Position numbers and translations under genes: made by a program. The notes beneath the pieces are model-generated. The model was not told where the DNA came from, did no database searches, and was given only the letters and a program-made list of their open reading frames with translations. A stretch of 62,842 nucleotides of DNA, counting the filler, from Choristocarpus tenellus KU-1152 (taxonomy: Eukaryota; Protista; Phaeophyceae): NCBI GenBank assembly GCA_964200185.2. It is 10 parts of 10 records of this genome, joined end to end, with 100 filler letters (N's around TTAATTAATTAA, not from the genome) between each part and the next. Parts side by side here need not be neighbours in the genome. Positions count along the whole stretch, not along the records: positions 4,479 to 15,681 come from CAXNAD020002453.1; positions 15,782 to 21,919 come from CAXNAD020008852.1; positions 22,020 to 25,844 come from CAXNAD020017720.1; 7 more parts are not named here. The stretch is one strand, 5' to 3'. Positions 11,901 through 25,051 of the stretch are shown piece after piece (position 1 is the stretch's first letter; every line of letters starts with the position of its first letter).

Positions 11901-14900
11901 GCTTCCAACCCCATTGATATGGCTGACATGATGGCACAGCTTGTACAGGTTGGCTTATATCTCCTTCTCGTTGATCCTCCACTGCTATGATCACTTGTTG
12001 CACTTGGTCTGTTTCTGTAGTTTTCTTTGTGTAACAGAGCCTAGATGTGTATTCTCTACCTCACTTTGAAACAATATATTGACTCCACACACTCTGAATG
12101 CTACACACTCTGAATGCTCGGTGTGCGTAGAGTATATCCAATAAACGAAAAAGAGAAAAAGCACTTCTTGTTGATTTGCTTGTAGCTCGTGTAGTTTCTA
12201 TGGGAATGGCAGGCATCAGCGAACGAGATATGCACTAAGTAACGCGGTCTTTGAGGGCTTCAAGTACTTCAATGGCTGTTAATTCTTAATGAAGAACAAC
12301 AAATCACCTACTGACATATTGACACTACGTTGGTCATTAGCACTGTTACTGCTACCAACCAGCATATTCTACCAGTATTAGCATCAGCTTTATGCCTTCA
12401 GGGCAAGCTTCCTGCAAGCAAAGAAATCCACTGCATTGTCAACTCCAATCTAAGCTTAGGCAAGACCTCTCCCCTTAAATTTCACCCCCACACAATACTG
12501 CAATAACCCACTTCCCCACCTACAACTAACCCTGAAACATAAGAGTACACTCCTAGGAGCAACCTTCTCCTGACAGAACTAAGAAGTGCAATATTGATGA
12601 GAATAAACACACCTGACCAACTTCATCCCAAAGTTGTACAAGCTTCGGGACCATGGAACTGCAAGCCAGGGGGGTTCATCCGGCTACCGTGGCAGTGCAG
12701 CTGGGATGAGCAGTGCCCAGACCAGCTACCGGAAATCAAGGTGAGATCTGTCTTTGACATGTCTCACATTTTCACCTATCGATAATAAAATGAAAAAAAT
12801 ATAAACTGTGATTGCAGAGGACAAGGGTGGTAGCAGCCAACTGCATCCCCTAAGAAAATTGAAAAATAATAATAAAGTTGAAAGTTTAGTATTCTGGGGT
12901 TGAGGCATCTCACATGGTGTAGTTTGGACTTGTAATGATGAATCAAACCCGTTCCGAGATGCCATCTCACTATTTCCCCTTAATGTACACCAGTCGGCGG
13001 TCAACAAACATGCGGGAGAGCGGCATGGGTCGCAGCAAGCGCAAGCGTAGCAGCCGTTTAAGCAGTGGAGGGGGGAGCATGCGTGCCTCTCATGGACTCG
13101 GCCCCCTGCAAGAGGTAAGAGAGAAAAGTACAAAGGTATACTACTTGTTGTATACTTTGAAGTTATATCGAAAGAGTAACAATGAACTGTCAGGAGGTGG
13201 GAGTGTAAGGGCTGACATGACATGTCCTGGATTCCTGGGTTGTATCATCGCTACTTGGGTTTATTAGACAAGTCTGCGGAATAGTGCTTCGACATAGCTC
13301 AAGTTGGGTGGATGAATGAGTGAAAGTATCTTAGAGGGTATGATTTTTGCCCTGTTTGTCCATTTGGGGCTTGGCTTCCCATGGGTTTATGATGACATAT
13401 TCCTGAGTTAAAGTATCTTAGAGGGTAGAGCCGTGTCCATTTGGGAACCAAAATCCAATGTTGCAATATTGGCGTTATTTTGACTATCATGTTTGTTAGG
13501 AGATATTAATATCCTTGTTCTGGACACTCCTTTTCATAACTTACTCATTTTGCCTACTCCGAAACATTTTGGAGACAGGGTTCTAGAAACAGAAGTAGAC
13601 TGAATGTCAAAACAAAACAAAAGATAAAATGTTGTTAAAAACCCGTGAGAAGCCAAGCCCCAAATGAACAAACAGGGTAAAACTCGTACCCTCTAAGATA
13701 CTTTCACTCTCCTACTCCAAAATGTTTCGGAGTAGGTGAAATGTATATGCTATGGAAAGGTGTGTCCGGAACAAGGGTATTGACACTTCCTAACAAACAC
13801 GATAGCCAAAATTTCATCAAAATCGCAAAATTGGATTTTGGGCCCCAAATGGACGCTGCCCTATCCTCTAAGATGCTTTGGCTCAATTGTAGATATAATT
13901 TTGAGTACAGCAACATACTACGCATTCGATTTTGACCACTTTTCAACTTGGGTGTCATAACCTTGATCGTTTGTTTAGTACCTCAAAGTACTATGTACTC
14001 TGGCATACTATGCGAACACTCTTACACAAATCTGAAGTCTCTGCAAATGACCCAATAATATTATTGATGTAGCTCTCAGGTATTGCCTTCAGTGGTGTAC
14101 AACAAGAGTTTCAACTTACAGTGACAATCAGCCATGCGGCTTGGTGATAACAGTAGTCAATATATAGAGATAAAAAAATATAATGTTGTTCGAGTCTGAG
14201 CTGATCAGAGGGGTATAGTTGTGATAGTCAACCTTTGATGGAGCCGTCTAAACTTATTATCGACTCTGGTCTACTCTACATCTCCCCTTAGTAAACGCTT
14301 TGAAGTTAAAGATAGTATCCTTATCTCCATACTAAGCATGACAAATTCAAAAATAAATTTGGCATTTTTCGCCTTCATGGGCTGCCCAAGCAGACTCACT
14401 GGTGTATGCTTGTTGAGCTATAGTTTCTGTATGTGCATCCCTCCCACAGGCCATGAGACAGGCTATGAACAGAGAGAAGGCAGCAAAGATAGCAGAAAAG
14501 GATCCTTTTGGCTTTGTGGACGAGCAACTAGAAAGAAACACTGCCATGGATGAGGTTAACACTGCTGCCATGGCTCAGGTAACCTGTGTGCATACATCTA
14601 CTACAACATGCCTAGCTCTTATTTTTCAAGTGCTACAGTGGTTTAGTTGCAATGTTCTCCCATGGTAGTATGCTGATCCCTTACTGGGCCACATCAACCG
14701 TCTCTTTGACTGATGTCACCATGATATCTAGTGATTCGAAATATTATGCCACAAACACTTTGACCAGCCAGTGTTGCCCAAAGATGTGGAAGTTGGTTAT
14801 TTGTTTGAGCTGGCAAGTCAGTTCACAGACTGGGTACAGTATGCCAGAGGGCCTTGCCTGGCAGTAATACCTCCATATACATATGTGGAAACCCACAGAT

Positions 14901-15511
14901 GTAGATGTGGATGTGGTGGATGTGGAATCTGGACTTCAGTTGGACTTTCCAATGTGCCATCAACACATCTTTCTGAGTGTTCAAGGATACACAATACAAG
15001 GATGAGACATATTCTTCTAATTGCATGTGCTAGAAAGTTGTTTTCATCCACTATATGAACACAGTTACCATGTGCTGTTATCCCAATAATATCAGTTCGA
15101 TGTAGGTAAAGTGGAAAGGTAGTGCTAAGGCTTGCACGTGAAGAGTGTCACAAGCAAGATTTCTGCACCCTTATCAGGGCACAGAGTGACCCAGGTACTT
15201 TCTCTTGTTTTACATACAATTCTTGTCCGCAATCACATCTCTGCATTAGTAGTATCGTCATCTCGTACACCTCCCCTACAATTATCTGCATTCCCTCGTG
15301 CATTGTCCGGATGCTCGTCCATTCATCCCTCACCAAGGATTTGGAGTATCCAGGATTTGAGGTGGAGGACCAAGTCTGGAACCGACTACTGGAGCTTCGA
15401 CAGCAGAAGATATTGAAGGAGACTGAACTTAAGAGAAAGCAACGACTCTTTTCTGAGATGAAGCAGCAACTTGAGGCATTACAAGCTGATTGTGAATCCA
15501 TCAATGTCCAG
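8968..15511 (+). CDS. CFAP43: Cilia- and flagella-associated protein 43 (WDR96)-like, C-terminal coiled-coil region, partial
   Basis: Phase-consistent exons 8968-9090, 9529-9633, 11339-11413, 11850-11948, 12634-12740, 12994-13114, 14450-14578, 15338-15511 (possible micro-exon about 15159-15194). Motifs EDRMLERNFKKEI, QLVQLYKLR, KDPF and VWNRLLELRQQKILKETEL resemble the CFAP43 C-terminus. Confidence 0.72.
9653..9912 (+). mobile_element. MITE family A, full length, intronic
   Basis: TIRs GAGCCAAATTATCTTAGAGGGTA / TACCCTCTAAGATACTTTCACTC; TSD AAAT/AAAT. Confidence 0.92.
13318..13884 (-). mobile_element. MITE family A, outer copy interrupted by a second copy
   Basis: Both TIRs present; TSD AAT/AAT; the two halves rejoin to the consensus when the inner copy is removed. 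Confidence 0.9.
13405..13709 (+). mobile_element. MITE family A, inner nested copy in opposite orientation
   Basis: Both TIRs present; TSD TCCT/TCCT, confirmed against the uninterrupted copy at 42274. Confidence 0.92.
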
Positions 15512-15655
15512 GTATGGTTTGTACACTGTGTTACCCTGCTCTCATCATTAACACTAGCGAGTTCTCAATTGTCACAAATACACTATTTTGTTCTTGCTCA
15601 TTGTCATGCTTGCCGACATGCTTGTTGATGAGGAACAACTAACGAGAGACAGAAG

Positions 15656-15681
15656 ACCCAAAGTATCTGGGAGGGGGGGCG
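15656..15681 (+). mobile_element. MITE family C terminus at a contig end (others near 25528-25552, 25814-25844, 30895-30960, 31101-31170, 35733-35749, 45592-45668, 45769-45794, 55019-55043, 62772-62798)
   Basis: Recurrent (GGGTC/GACCC)AAAGTATCTGGGGG(n) motif or its reverse complement. Confidence 0.8.
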
Positions 15682-16073
15682 NNNNNNNNNNNNNNNNNNN
15701 NNNNNNNNNNNNNNNNNNNNNNNNNTTAATTAATTAANNNNNNNNNNNNNNNNNNNNNNNNNNNNNNNNNNNNNNNNNNNNTTTTTGGTTGTTTTGTTTG
15801 TTTTTTTTTTTTTTTTTTTTGTTGGGGTGCGTGTTGTGTTTGGTGGGGGGGGGGGGGGGGGGGGGCGATGGGGAAGGAAGCATGTGGGTTGTGTGTGGTG
15901 TTATTTGGTATTGGAGGGTGTGTGTTAAAGTTGTCTTGTCTGTAGTCTGTACGTTGAAGCTGGAGGGTTTTGAGTCGAAGACACCCACCATATGCCACTG
16001 TTGTTTTTATTATCATTATTATTAGTGTTTATATTTTTATTTTGATCCTAGCTGCAACTGCCTCAAGAGAAAT

Positions 16074-16308
16074 TAGGGTTAGGGTTAAGGTTAACATACA
16101 TGTATGTAGTATGGTACAATAAGGTTAGGGTTAAGGTTAACTTACATGTATGTAGTATGGTATGATAGGGTTAGGGTTAAGGTCAACGTACATGTATGTA
16201 GTATGGTACAATAGGGTTAGGATTAAGGTTAACTTACATGTATGTAGTATGGTACAATAGGGTTAGGGTTAAGGTTAACATACATGTATGTAGTATGGTA
16301 TAGTAGGG
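16074..16308 (+). repeat. 46-bp minisatellite x5 containing TTAGGG-type repeats
   Basis: Unit tagggttagggttaaggttaacatacatgtatgtagtatggtacaa with few substitutions. Confidence 0.95.
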
Positions 16309-16648
16309 ATTTGAAAGTCTGGTGGTGACTTGTTTCAGCATGCACTCTGATATGGACTTACTCCCTCTGCCTGTTCACCATCACCTAGAAGAGACGAGAG
16401 GGATTATTTATTTTATTGGTGGAAATAATATTTAATTTTTTTTTCAAGTATACGGTATGGTAGAGTTGGTTTTTAACAAAATCATCCACTGTTTTTTATT
16501 TTAATTTAATTTAATTTTTGAGTAGAGGATACAGATATTGCAATACTTTAGAATTTTTTTTTCATTATTTTTTATTTCCTTGACGGACATCTCCAATTCA
16601 TGTTTGTGAACTGTCAAGTCTTCCCATGTTTGTGTTGGGGGGGTACTG

Positions 16649-16679
<31 letters not shown>

Positions 16680-16701
16680 GTGGTGTGTGTGAGGAGTATA
16701 G

Positions 16702-19700
16702 GTGTTCTGGCACCCCAAGGGATCCACAATCCGACGTCTGGTAGAGGATTTCTGGAAGCAGCAGCACCTGGACAATGGGTCAGTGGATCGCACATACACA
16801 CACACACACACACACACATGCATGCATGCACGAATGCTTAACCCGTAACACATATGCATGCGCTCACTGGACTTGATGTGAAGGAACCTAGATCATTTTT
16901 TATTTTTATAATGTAACTGTCGATTTGATTTTGTAAATTCTGTGGTAGTGTGTGTGTATATACGCTGTCTTGTAGAGCAATATTTTTCTTTTCTTTTTTT
17001 CAGAAAAAATTTGATCTTTGTGTAGTAAAAAATGTACCTGTTTTTTGTGTGTGTGTGGGGGGAGTGATGGTGTGTTTTGTATGTTTTTTTTTGTGTGATG
17101 AAAGTTTTAGCTCTCTCTCTTGTGCTTGCTAAGCATGTTTCTCTCTCTCTCTCCTCACCTTGAACTTTATGTATGTGTTCATGTGGGTGTGGGTATGGGC
17201 ATTTAAAAATAAATAAAGTGTATGAATACATGTATACTTCTCTTTCCTATGGTGTGTTCATTTTTTTTTTTTCAAGTATGTAATTTGTGTGTGTGCCGGG
17301 GGTATTTTTGGTCATTTGATGTGTGTTGACACCCAAATATGTGATGTGTGTCCTCGTGAATCCTGTCCACTGGCGGTGTGCTTTGGTTGTAGGATGATGC
17401 CCCCTTCCACTAGACTTGTTTTGTGTAAAATTGGTCGGCTTTTTGTGTGCCTTTTAAAATTTGATTTTAGGGTTAGGGTTAGCGTTAGGGTTAGGGTTTA
17501 AAACAATTGTTCTAGGAGTCCCAAGATACTGCTGTAACTTTCTAAATCACCCATCGTGGGACAACCATATTGTCAGGGAACAAATTTCCCTAACCCTAAC
17601 CCTAACCCTAACCCTAACTCTGTGCACTATTATTGTTGTAGCTAAAAACTAAACCAAGAATAATCATTAGGTAAAGATAGATCTAGATAGATGTATGTGT
17701 GTGTGTATGTGTGTGTGTGTCCATTTTTATCATGCAACCAATTATGCCAAAACCCGTACATATCTTTTACAAAAGAAAGTACTTCAGGCGCTCCCCTGGT
17801 GGAGCACACACACACATGCACACGCACAAAAATTGATGATATTTTTCTATCACGTCAAGCTGAGTTTTTTTTGTTGTTGTTGCAGGTATGACCTCCTCTA
17901 CACCCCCCATGTTGCCAATCTGGACCTGTGGAAGACTTCTGGTCACTTTGACTTTTATCAGGAGGGTATGTTTGATCAGATGGACGTGGAGGGGGACCAG
18001 TACCAGATCAAACCCATGAACTGTCCTTTCCACTGCTTGGTGTACAAGGACGACAAGCGCTCCTTCAGGTTGATTGTGTTATGTGTTGTGTTGTGTTGTG
18101 TTATGTTATGTTATGTTTTGTCATATACGATTAGTGCTTCAGTATCAATACCGATTATTGTGGTGTGTCTGTAATGAATGCGATAAGCTGTTGGTGGTAT
18201 GGTGGTGTATGTATACCGATGTTGGGGTGTGTGACGTACCGTCCAAGAGGGGGGTTGTTTCATTTTTTTTTGTGAAGGGTATGATAGTCTTTTCGGGGAA
18301 CATAATTCTTGATAGGTACCATAATCTTCCTTTTCTATACAGTCACACTCTCCATTGGGGTTAGGGTTAGGGTTAGGGTCAACTGTTGGTATAGATGTGT
18401 ATTGAAAGATGTTCAAGAAGACCTTGAGGCTCTGAAGGGCAACGATTGGATTGCGGTATGAAAAGGTGTGTGTGTCTGGAACAAGGATATTGACACTCCC
18501 TAGCAAACACGATAGCCAAAATTACATCCAAATTGCAACATTGGATTTTGGCCCCCCAAGTGGATGTGGCTCTGCCCTCTAAGATACTTTGGCTCCTACC
18601 TTTGCATGATCCTTTATGTATATATATATATGCATGTTGGTTTATTATACCATGGGTGGTAAATGTCCTAATCTTATACTGCTCTGTTGACTGCACATTT
18701 CCTATGGCATTCGTTTGGGATAGGGAGTTTTTTTCACCTATTAGTTGGGAGACAAGGAGTGGAGAGTTCTTTTATTAGTATTATTTTCATAACCACTGGA
18801 GGATTCATGTAAAAAATAATAATAAAAGAAGAGGAATAGATAATTTTTTTAATGCAGATATTGCCTCTTTATTTTTTATTTATGATTTCATTAATATTAG
18901 TCATTCTACGCAGATCTTGTCTTTTTTATGTGATTTATTATTGGTTATTTTATGTAGATACTGTCCTCTCTTGTTACTTTTATTTTTGTTGATATTATTT
19001 TCATACATTATTTTACTTTTTTTTGCCGCCCAGGGATCTTCCCATCCGTTGGGCCGAGCTGGGCACTGTTTATCGCTACGAGAGGAGTGGAACTCTTCAT
19101 GGTCTGATGAGGGTGAGGGGCTTCACTCAGGATGACGCCCACATCTTCTGTCTACCAGGGCAGCTGGAGGATGAGATCATTGGCGTGCTGGATCTTACAG
19201 AAGGAATACTCAGTCGGTTTGGGTTTGACAAGTGAGATAAAATTGGTTGCTACTGATGGTGATGATCTATGTATTTTTTATTTTTATTGTCTTCACCTTT
19301 TGCCGTTTGCGGGGTTTGGGTTAGGGGGGGCACTGGTTTGATTTGTGGGGAATAAGAATTATTGTTAGTTATTATTATTGTTGTGATGTTCCTACATTTT
19401 TGTTATTTTGGTGGGAGGGGTTGTTATTTATGGTGGTGGACAAGAAAGCGCTGGTCATATGCTTTGACATATATATATATATATATATATTATTATTGTT
19501 ACATTATTGTTTTTTAATGACCAATTGCATCCTGTTTGTAAATTTTAAAAGTCGCTCACTCTACACTGCATTGATAGATAGAGTAGTATGGTTGGTTTAA
19601 TATTTAATATTTTATTCTAAAAGGTTCATTTTGTAAGATTGATTTGGGTGGGGTATGGTTGTACAGTCATCATGTGTATATAGCTACCCTCCTAGAGGTG

Positions 19701-21321
19701 TTGTTGATGGTGAGTAGATGGTTATATATAATTTTTTTAACTTTTTGGAAGATTTTTGTTCCCATTTTTTTTTTAGAGGGGCATTTTTTTTTGTATGAAT
19801 AATGAATGATCAATAGAATGGTAATGTTTTTATATGTTGGTGAGAAAGGTCCCTACAAGTACATGTCCATTCATATATATATACATACACATACATATAT
19901 AGCACTCTTTATCCTTCTTATGCCTTGAGCATTTAGGTACGAGATCATGCTTTCTACACGCCCTGAGAAGGCGGTGGGCACGGACGCCATCTGGAACATG
20001 GCAACAGAAGCCCTCAAGGTGTGATCAATGATGTTTGATGTTTGATGTTGAGGCAATGGTGTAATAGTACTATTAGTATGTTGATGTGATAATGCATTGA
20101 AGGCATGTATAATTTTAGCGTTAAATTATTCATTTCTGATGGTGGAGTTGAGTCTGATGATTACCCCCCCCCCCCTCATCATAACCAACTCTAACTGCTG
20201 AAGGGTGCCCTTGAGAGGAAAGGATGGTCGTATGAGGTGGACGAGGGGGGAGGGGCCTTTTATGGTCCCAAGATAGACCTCAAGATCAAGGATGCTATTG
20301 GAAGAACCTGGCAGTGTTCGACTGTTCAGTGTGACTTTAATCTACCGGAGAGGTTTGACCTTGAGTATGTTGACAGGTGAGCTTTGTTTGGAGGGGGGGG
20401 GGGGGGGGGATTAGGGCCGTAGATGAACCGCATTGGCGGGAGATCTGAAAATGGTTGTGACAGAGGAGGGTATAGATGAGGCACATTTGATAGGAGAGAT
20501 AATAGATGAGCGTGACGAAGGAGGGTATAGATGATGAATGTATGGGTTTAGTGTCATGAAATGGGTCAAAAGATGGTTGTGATGAAGGAAGGTATAGATG
20601 ATGAAGGTATGGGCTTAGTGATGTGAAATGGCATGTGCATTTTTTTTTTTTTGAAGTTTTGTTAGCGCGATGGAGTGGGACTGAGATGGATGTAACATGT
20701 GTGACACCTTCACCAAATAGGTTTTATTATAATAATAATTATTATTATTAGAGCAGTAGTGGTAATTTTTTATTTTTTAGAACTGGCGGTTGATAATAAA
20801 TAAAATCAAGTAGACAAAAATGTAATGAAATAATCCCCTCCCTTCTCCGTCCACATATCGATTAGAGCCATATATATATACATAAACATACATATGTATG
20901 TATCTTATGTGTCTCATGTATTAACCGTGTGCTGTTTTCACGAAGAAGGAAGGCGTAAGTCTCCCACGAAAAGGAACAAAAAAGAAATAAAAATGAAACG
21001 GTACTGCGATGAAATGTTCCTGTTGTTGTTTATATATATATATTTATATATTTATTATTATCTCTTGAATAACAAGCGTTTTTACTACTTCTCACTGCCA
21101 TTACTAATACTACCCTGTTGGTGGTGTTGTTACTGTTGTGTATGTAAAGTGGGGGGGAGAAGAAGCAGCCGGTTATGCTCCACCGTGCTATTTTTGGTTC
21201 AATTGAGCGCTTTTTTGGCATTCTCATCGAGAACACCGCTGGAGACTTCCCCCTCTGGTTGGCCCCTCAACAGCTCAGATTGTTACCAGTCACGGATGCT
21301 GCGAGGGACTACTGCATGCAG
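16702..21321 (+). CDS. thrS: Threonyl-tRNA synthetase, bacterial/cyanobacterial (organellar) type, catalytic core, partial
   Basis: Exons 16702-16778, 17886-18068, 19034-19231, 19937-20018, 20204-20376, 21150-21321. Motifs [90 protein letters not shown]. Confidence 0.97.
18459..18595 (-). mobile_element. MITE family A, left-half fragment in a ThrRS intron
   Basis: Matches the consensus body and ends CCCTCTAAGATACTTTGGCTC. Confidence 0.85.
20445..20631 (+). repeat. Degenerate ~60-68-bp tandem repeat (gtga..gaggagggtatagatga) x3, intronic
   Basis: The core ggtatagatga recurs near 20468, 20524 and 20591. Confidence 0.65.
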
Positions 21322-21360
21322 GTGAGTCATTGAATGTTTCATGTTTTATTACATGTATGT

Positions 21361-21396
<36 letters not shown>

Positions 21397-22393
21397 ATTT
21401 TATTTTTTAGAGGGTTATTTCTTCAAGTGTATTTTTTACCCTCTTAGGACTCTTATTTTATTATTTTTTATTTTTTAGAGTGTCTGTTGAACACATTTTT
21501 GAAAAATGTAAGTATGTATCTGCACAAATTGTTCTATTGTTACTGGTCGTGAACAGAGGAAGCACATACTTTTATTTTTGTATAGGGCTAGAGGTTCATT
21601 TTTGGGGGTTTCGTAGCATTGGTAGGCTATTGTTGCTGCTCTTGTACAGAAGAATTTTGTGTGTGTGTGTTTGGGAGGGGTTGGGGTTAGGGTTAGAGTT
21701 AGGGTTTAGGCTCCATAATAAATTTATGTAATAGTGTTTATATATAATACATAGTTACATACCTCAGAAAGAGTCATCCTCACAACATTTTTTTTTAATA
21801 AGCAGATTGTTTGTAATTGTATGATTGGAAGATGCGGGGGGGGGGGGATGGGGTTTTGGTTATTTTTTTTTGTTTTATTTTTTTTATTTTTATGAGGATG
21901 TCCCCATAGAGAAAATATANNNNNNNNNNNNNNNNNNNNNNNNNNNNNNNNNNNNNNNNNNNNTTAATTAATTAANNNNNNNNNNNNNNNNNNNNNNNNN
22001 NNNNNNNNNNNNNNNNNNNACAGCCCCCACATCATAACAAACCACCAAGAAGGCGTCCATAGTGCAACCCCCCCCCACCCCGCTCACCTCCCCTCCCCCA
22101 CCCCACCCCACCCCACCCCCCCACAAAGGCATCAGACTAAGCCAAAAGCAAACAAAAATTGAACCAATCCCCACCGTCAACAATAGTACCCAAGAGTTGA
22201 CCCCAAATAATATACACATAATACATACATACAGAATCTCAATAACAATGCAACAAACAATAACCCTAACCCTAATAATCCCCCACCCGTGCCAACCCAA
22301 ACCCAACAACATCCCCAACACACTGGGCTCTAATCAAAATAGAGACCAATCAAAAGAGACCCTTCCAGAGTCACCGTTAATGATGACAGTCAC

Positions 22394-25051
22394 CTGTTCA
22401 GGAGGATCCTTCCGGAAGCCGTAGTATGAACCCAAAAAGACTAAGGGCGTTTGCACCAACAGCCACAAAAACAGCAGGATACAGAGAGCACTAAACGGCA
22501 CCACCCCTGTTGACTTCTTCACCATTAGTGCAGAGTTCAGAACAAAGAACACTGCAAAGGAGACACCTGGGAACATACCCGCTGTCGCTAGTGTTGTCTG
22601 TCAAATGAGGGTATAGTCGAAAAGAGGTACAGTGCCGGAAAGAGTGGGGAGGGGGGGGGGAAGAATCATCAAATATTAAAAACGTTATTGCCATCAAAAT
22701 CAGGATCAATAAGGCTCTTGCTAGGCATATATGCATAACTATATTTGAGAGAGATAACCCTAACCCTAACCCTAGGAAGAAACGACACCTATACAATAGG
22801 CACCTCAAAAAAAATAAATATTTTAATGATCGACATTAAAGAGTTGAGATTGAGATTAAAAAGAGTTGAGTGTCACACATGCCTGCAGACAGTAAATCTT
22901 TCACATCCTTATTCAAACACACTAACTACAATATTTGATATTAGTACTGTGTTATACTATAGGATGTGCAATGTGATCGTTAAGACACCATTCACAACAA
23001 ACTTACACAGATGTAAAAACAGCTGGGGGGTGGGGGAAGGAGGGAGGGATAATAAAAAAAAGCCCTCTATCCATAAAAAAAATACAAGGACATTAAAATA
23101 AAAGACAAAAAACACAACAGACTGATCACGACATACCTTGACATCTTTTACAAAAACACCCCAAAAAAAATAAAATATCATACAGACAAAAAAATAATAG
23201 AGATGAAACAAAACAAAAATCTTCTCCATTACACAAACAGAACATACCCTAAAATGACAAAAAAGAAAAAGGTTTACTCATCAGGCTGCACCCCCCCTCC
23301 CCCTCAATCAATAAGATACATACATTTCATGATGCAATCTTAAGCCAGACCTTAATCCAAGACGTCCCCCTGAACCTCCTATGAATCCTTGCTGCATTGT
23401 AGCCAGAGAAGCCCCCCATGAGGACAAACAGGAGTATGATAGCTGTTATAGTGTTGCCCCGTTGAGCAGGACTGATCAAACCAATCATCCCAAAGAAAAC
23501 CACCAGAAAGGAGGTACAGCACAACTGGACACCTGTACCAACACAGACCTGCAAAAAATAGACATAGATAACAGGTCGTCATGGTAATGGATGAAGATTA
23601 AGACATAGATGGACAACAAGATACCTCACGACGTCGGAACGACTCTCCATCAGTGAACGAGACCCGATGGGTTTCTATCAAGCAGGCGCTGTGTATGTAC
23701 AATACCAACCCTAACACTTGAGAGTAAAAACGAATAAAACATAAATTTAAAAAAAATTACCAAAAAATAAATAAATCCGTGGCATTCCATGTATAAATCC
23801 ACACCGCTTCCAACATCGCCTTCCATCAACGAATCTTCTTGTACAAGAAACGAATCTATCATTCTCAAACAACTCACTGCAAAGAGCATCGGATACGATG
23901 AGGGGGGCCTCAGCACATCCCCATGCACCAGCTTCCATCCAGATTCTTCCTTGGCATCTTCAATACTCTGAACAAAAACAAAAACAAACAAAACAAAAAG
24001 AATTATTTAAACAAAAAATGTTCCAAAACAGGAGTGAACAATAAAAATAAAATAAATTTTTGACAATGAAAAGGTGACGGCGTGACGACATCACAATAGT
24101 ACAATAGTACAAACTTTAACACACACAGATGATGCATGTACATGTAGAGCAAGAACGCCACTCGGGGGATAGGGAGGAGAAACCTTTTTTTTTCCTGGAG
24201 ATAACAAAAAACTTAATTCAGAACATTAAAAAAAAAGTTCTTAAAAGAAGGAAGAGTCAATTTTTAATCATGAGAGAAAATGCAATAGCGTTTCTAACAG
24301 GCAAATTCCAAAAAAGTTACGAGCAATAGAAAACAATAAAAAAAAATCAAATCGCAAGGAATATCCTTAACAATAACAATAATAATAAAAATAGAAAATC
24401 ACATTTAACTTCCATATGCTTCTGAGACAGGGAAGCAATACAACCCTCAAAAAATATGAATACTAATGGATATTCTGTGAGTTGTCACTACCTCAATCTA
24501 CACACACTCATGTAAGAACCCTCTCCAAAATTTGTTCTTAATTAAATTATGAGTACTATGTATTGAAAGTGCCTGTATCTCATTTCTGTTTATTAATTCC
24601 CTATCAAGGTACCAATGGCAATACTCACTTCCTCTTTCTCCTCTCCTAATTTAAATATTTTTTGGTGGTTTTTTTCCCCACCCATAATCACTATAATCAC
24701 TGTAACTACTACAACCACTATAATGACAATAATCACTAAAATTAATTACCATAATCACCACAAAACGAGCAATACCCAACACAATAAAAGAACTAGCTCT
24801 ATTCCTCTATTCCTCCATCCCACACAGTTGTATTAAAAAAAAAGGTTTTTCAAGGTTTCTACAGTTACAACCCCCACCCCTCCCCCCCCCCCACCTCAGC
24901 ATTGTAGTGCTGGATATCCTTTCTGAGTGCTCTGATAGTGATCATGGCCACCAACACTGTGAGGAACAGGACAATCACAGAAGAGTTGATGATTCCAAAC
25001 CAGTGTATATTGCTGTTCTGATTCTTTCCACTGTTGACATAGATGTCCCAC
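22394..25051 (-). CDS. TM9SF: Transmembrane 9 superfamily (nonaspanin/EMP70, TM9SF2/4-like), partial
   Basis: Exons 25051-24895, 23967-23878, 23548-23351, 22597-22394. Motifs [62 protein letters not shown]. Confidence 0.96.

Noticed and set aside
12594-12785. ORF MMRINTPDQLHPKVVQ, resembling a peptide near 37850 on the minus strand
   Set aside because: The region is better explained in another frame as a CFAP43 exon (LYKLR...), so the similarity is coincidental.
16074-16308. CRISPR-like regular repeats
   Set aside because: The units are fully tandem with no unique spacers, the context is eukaryotic and there are no cas genes.
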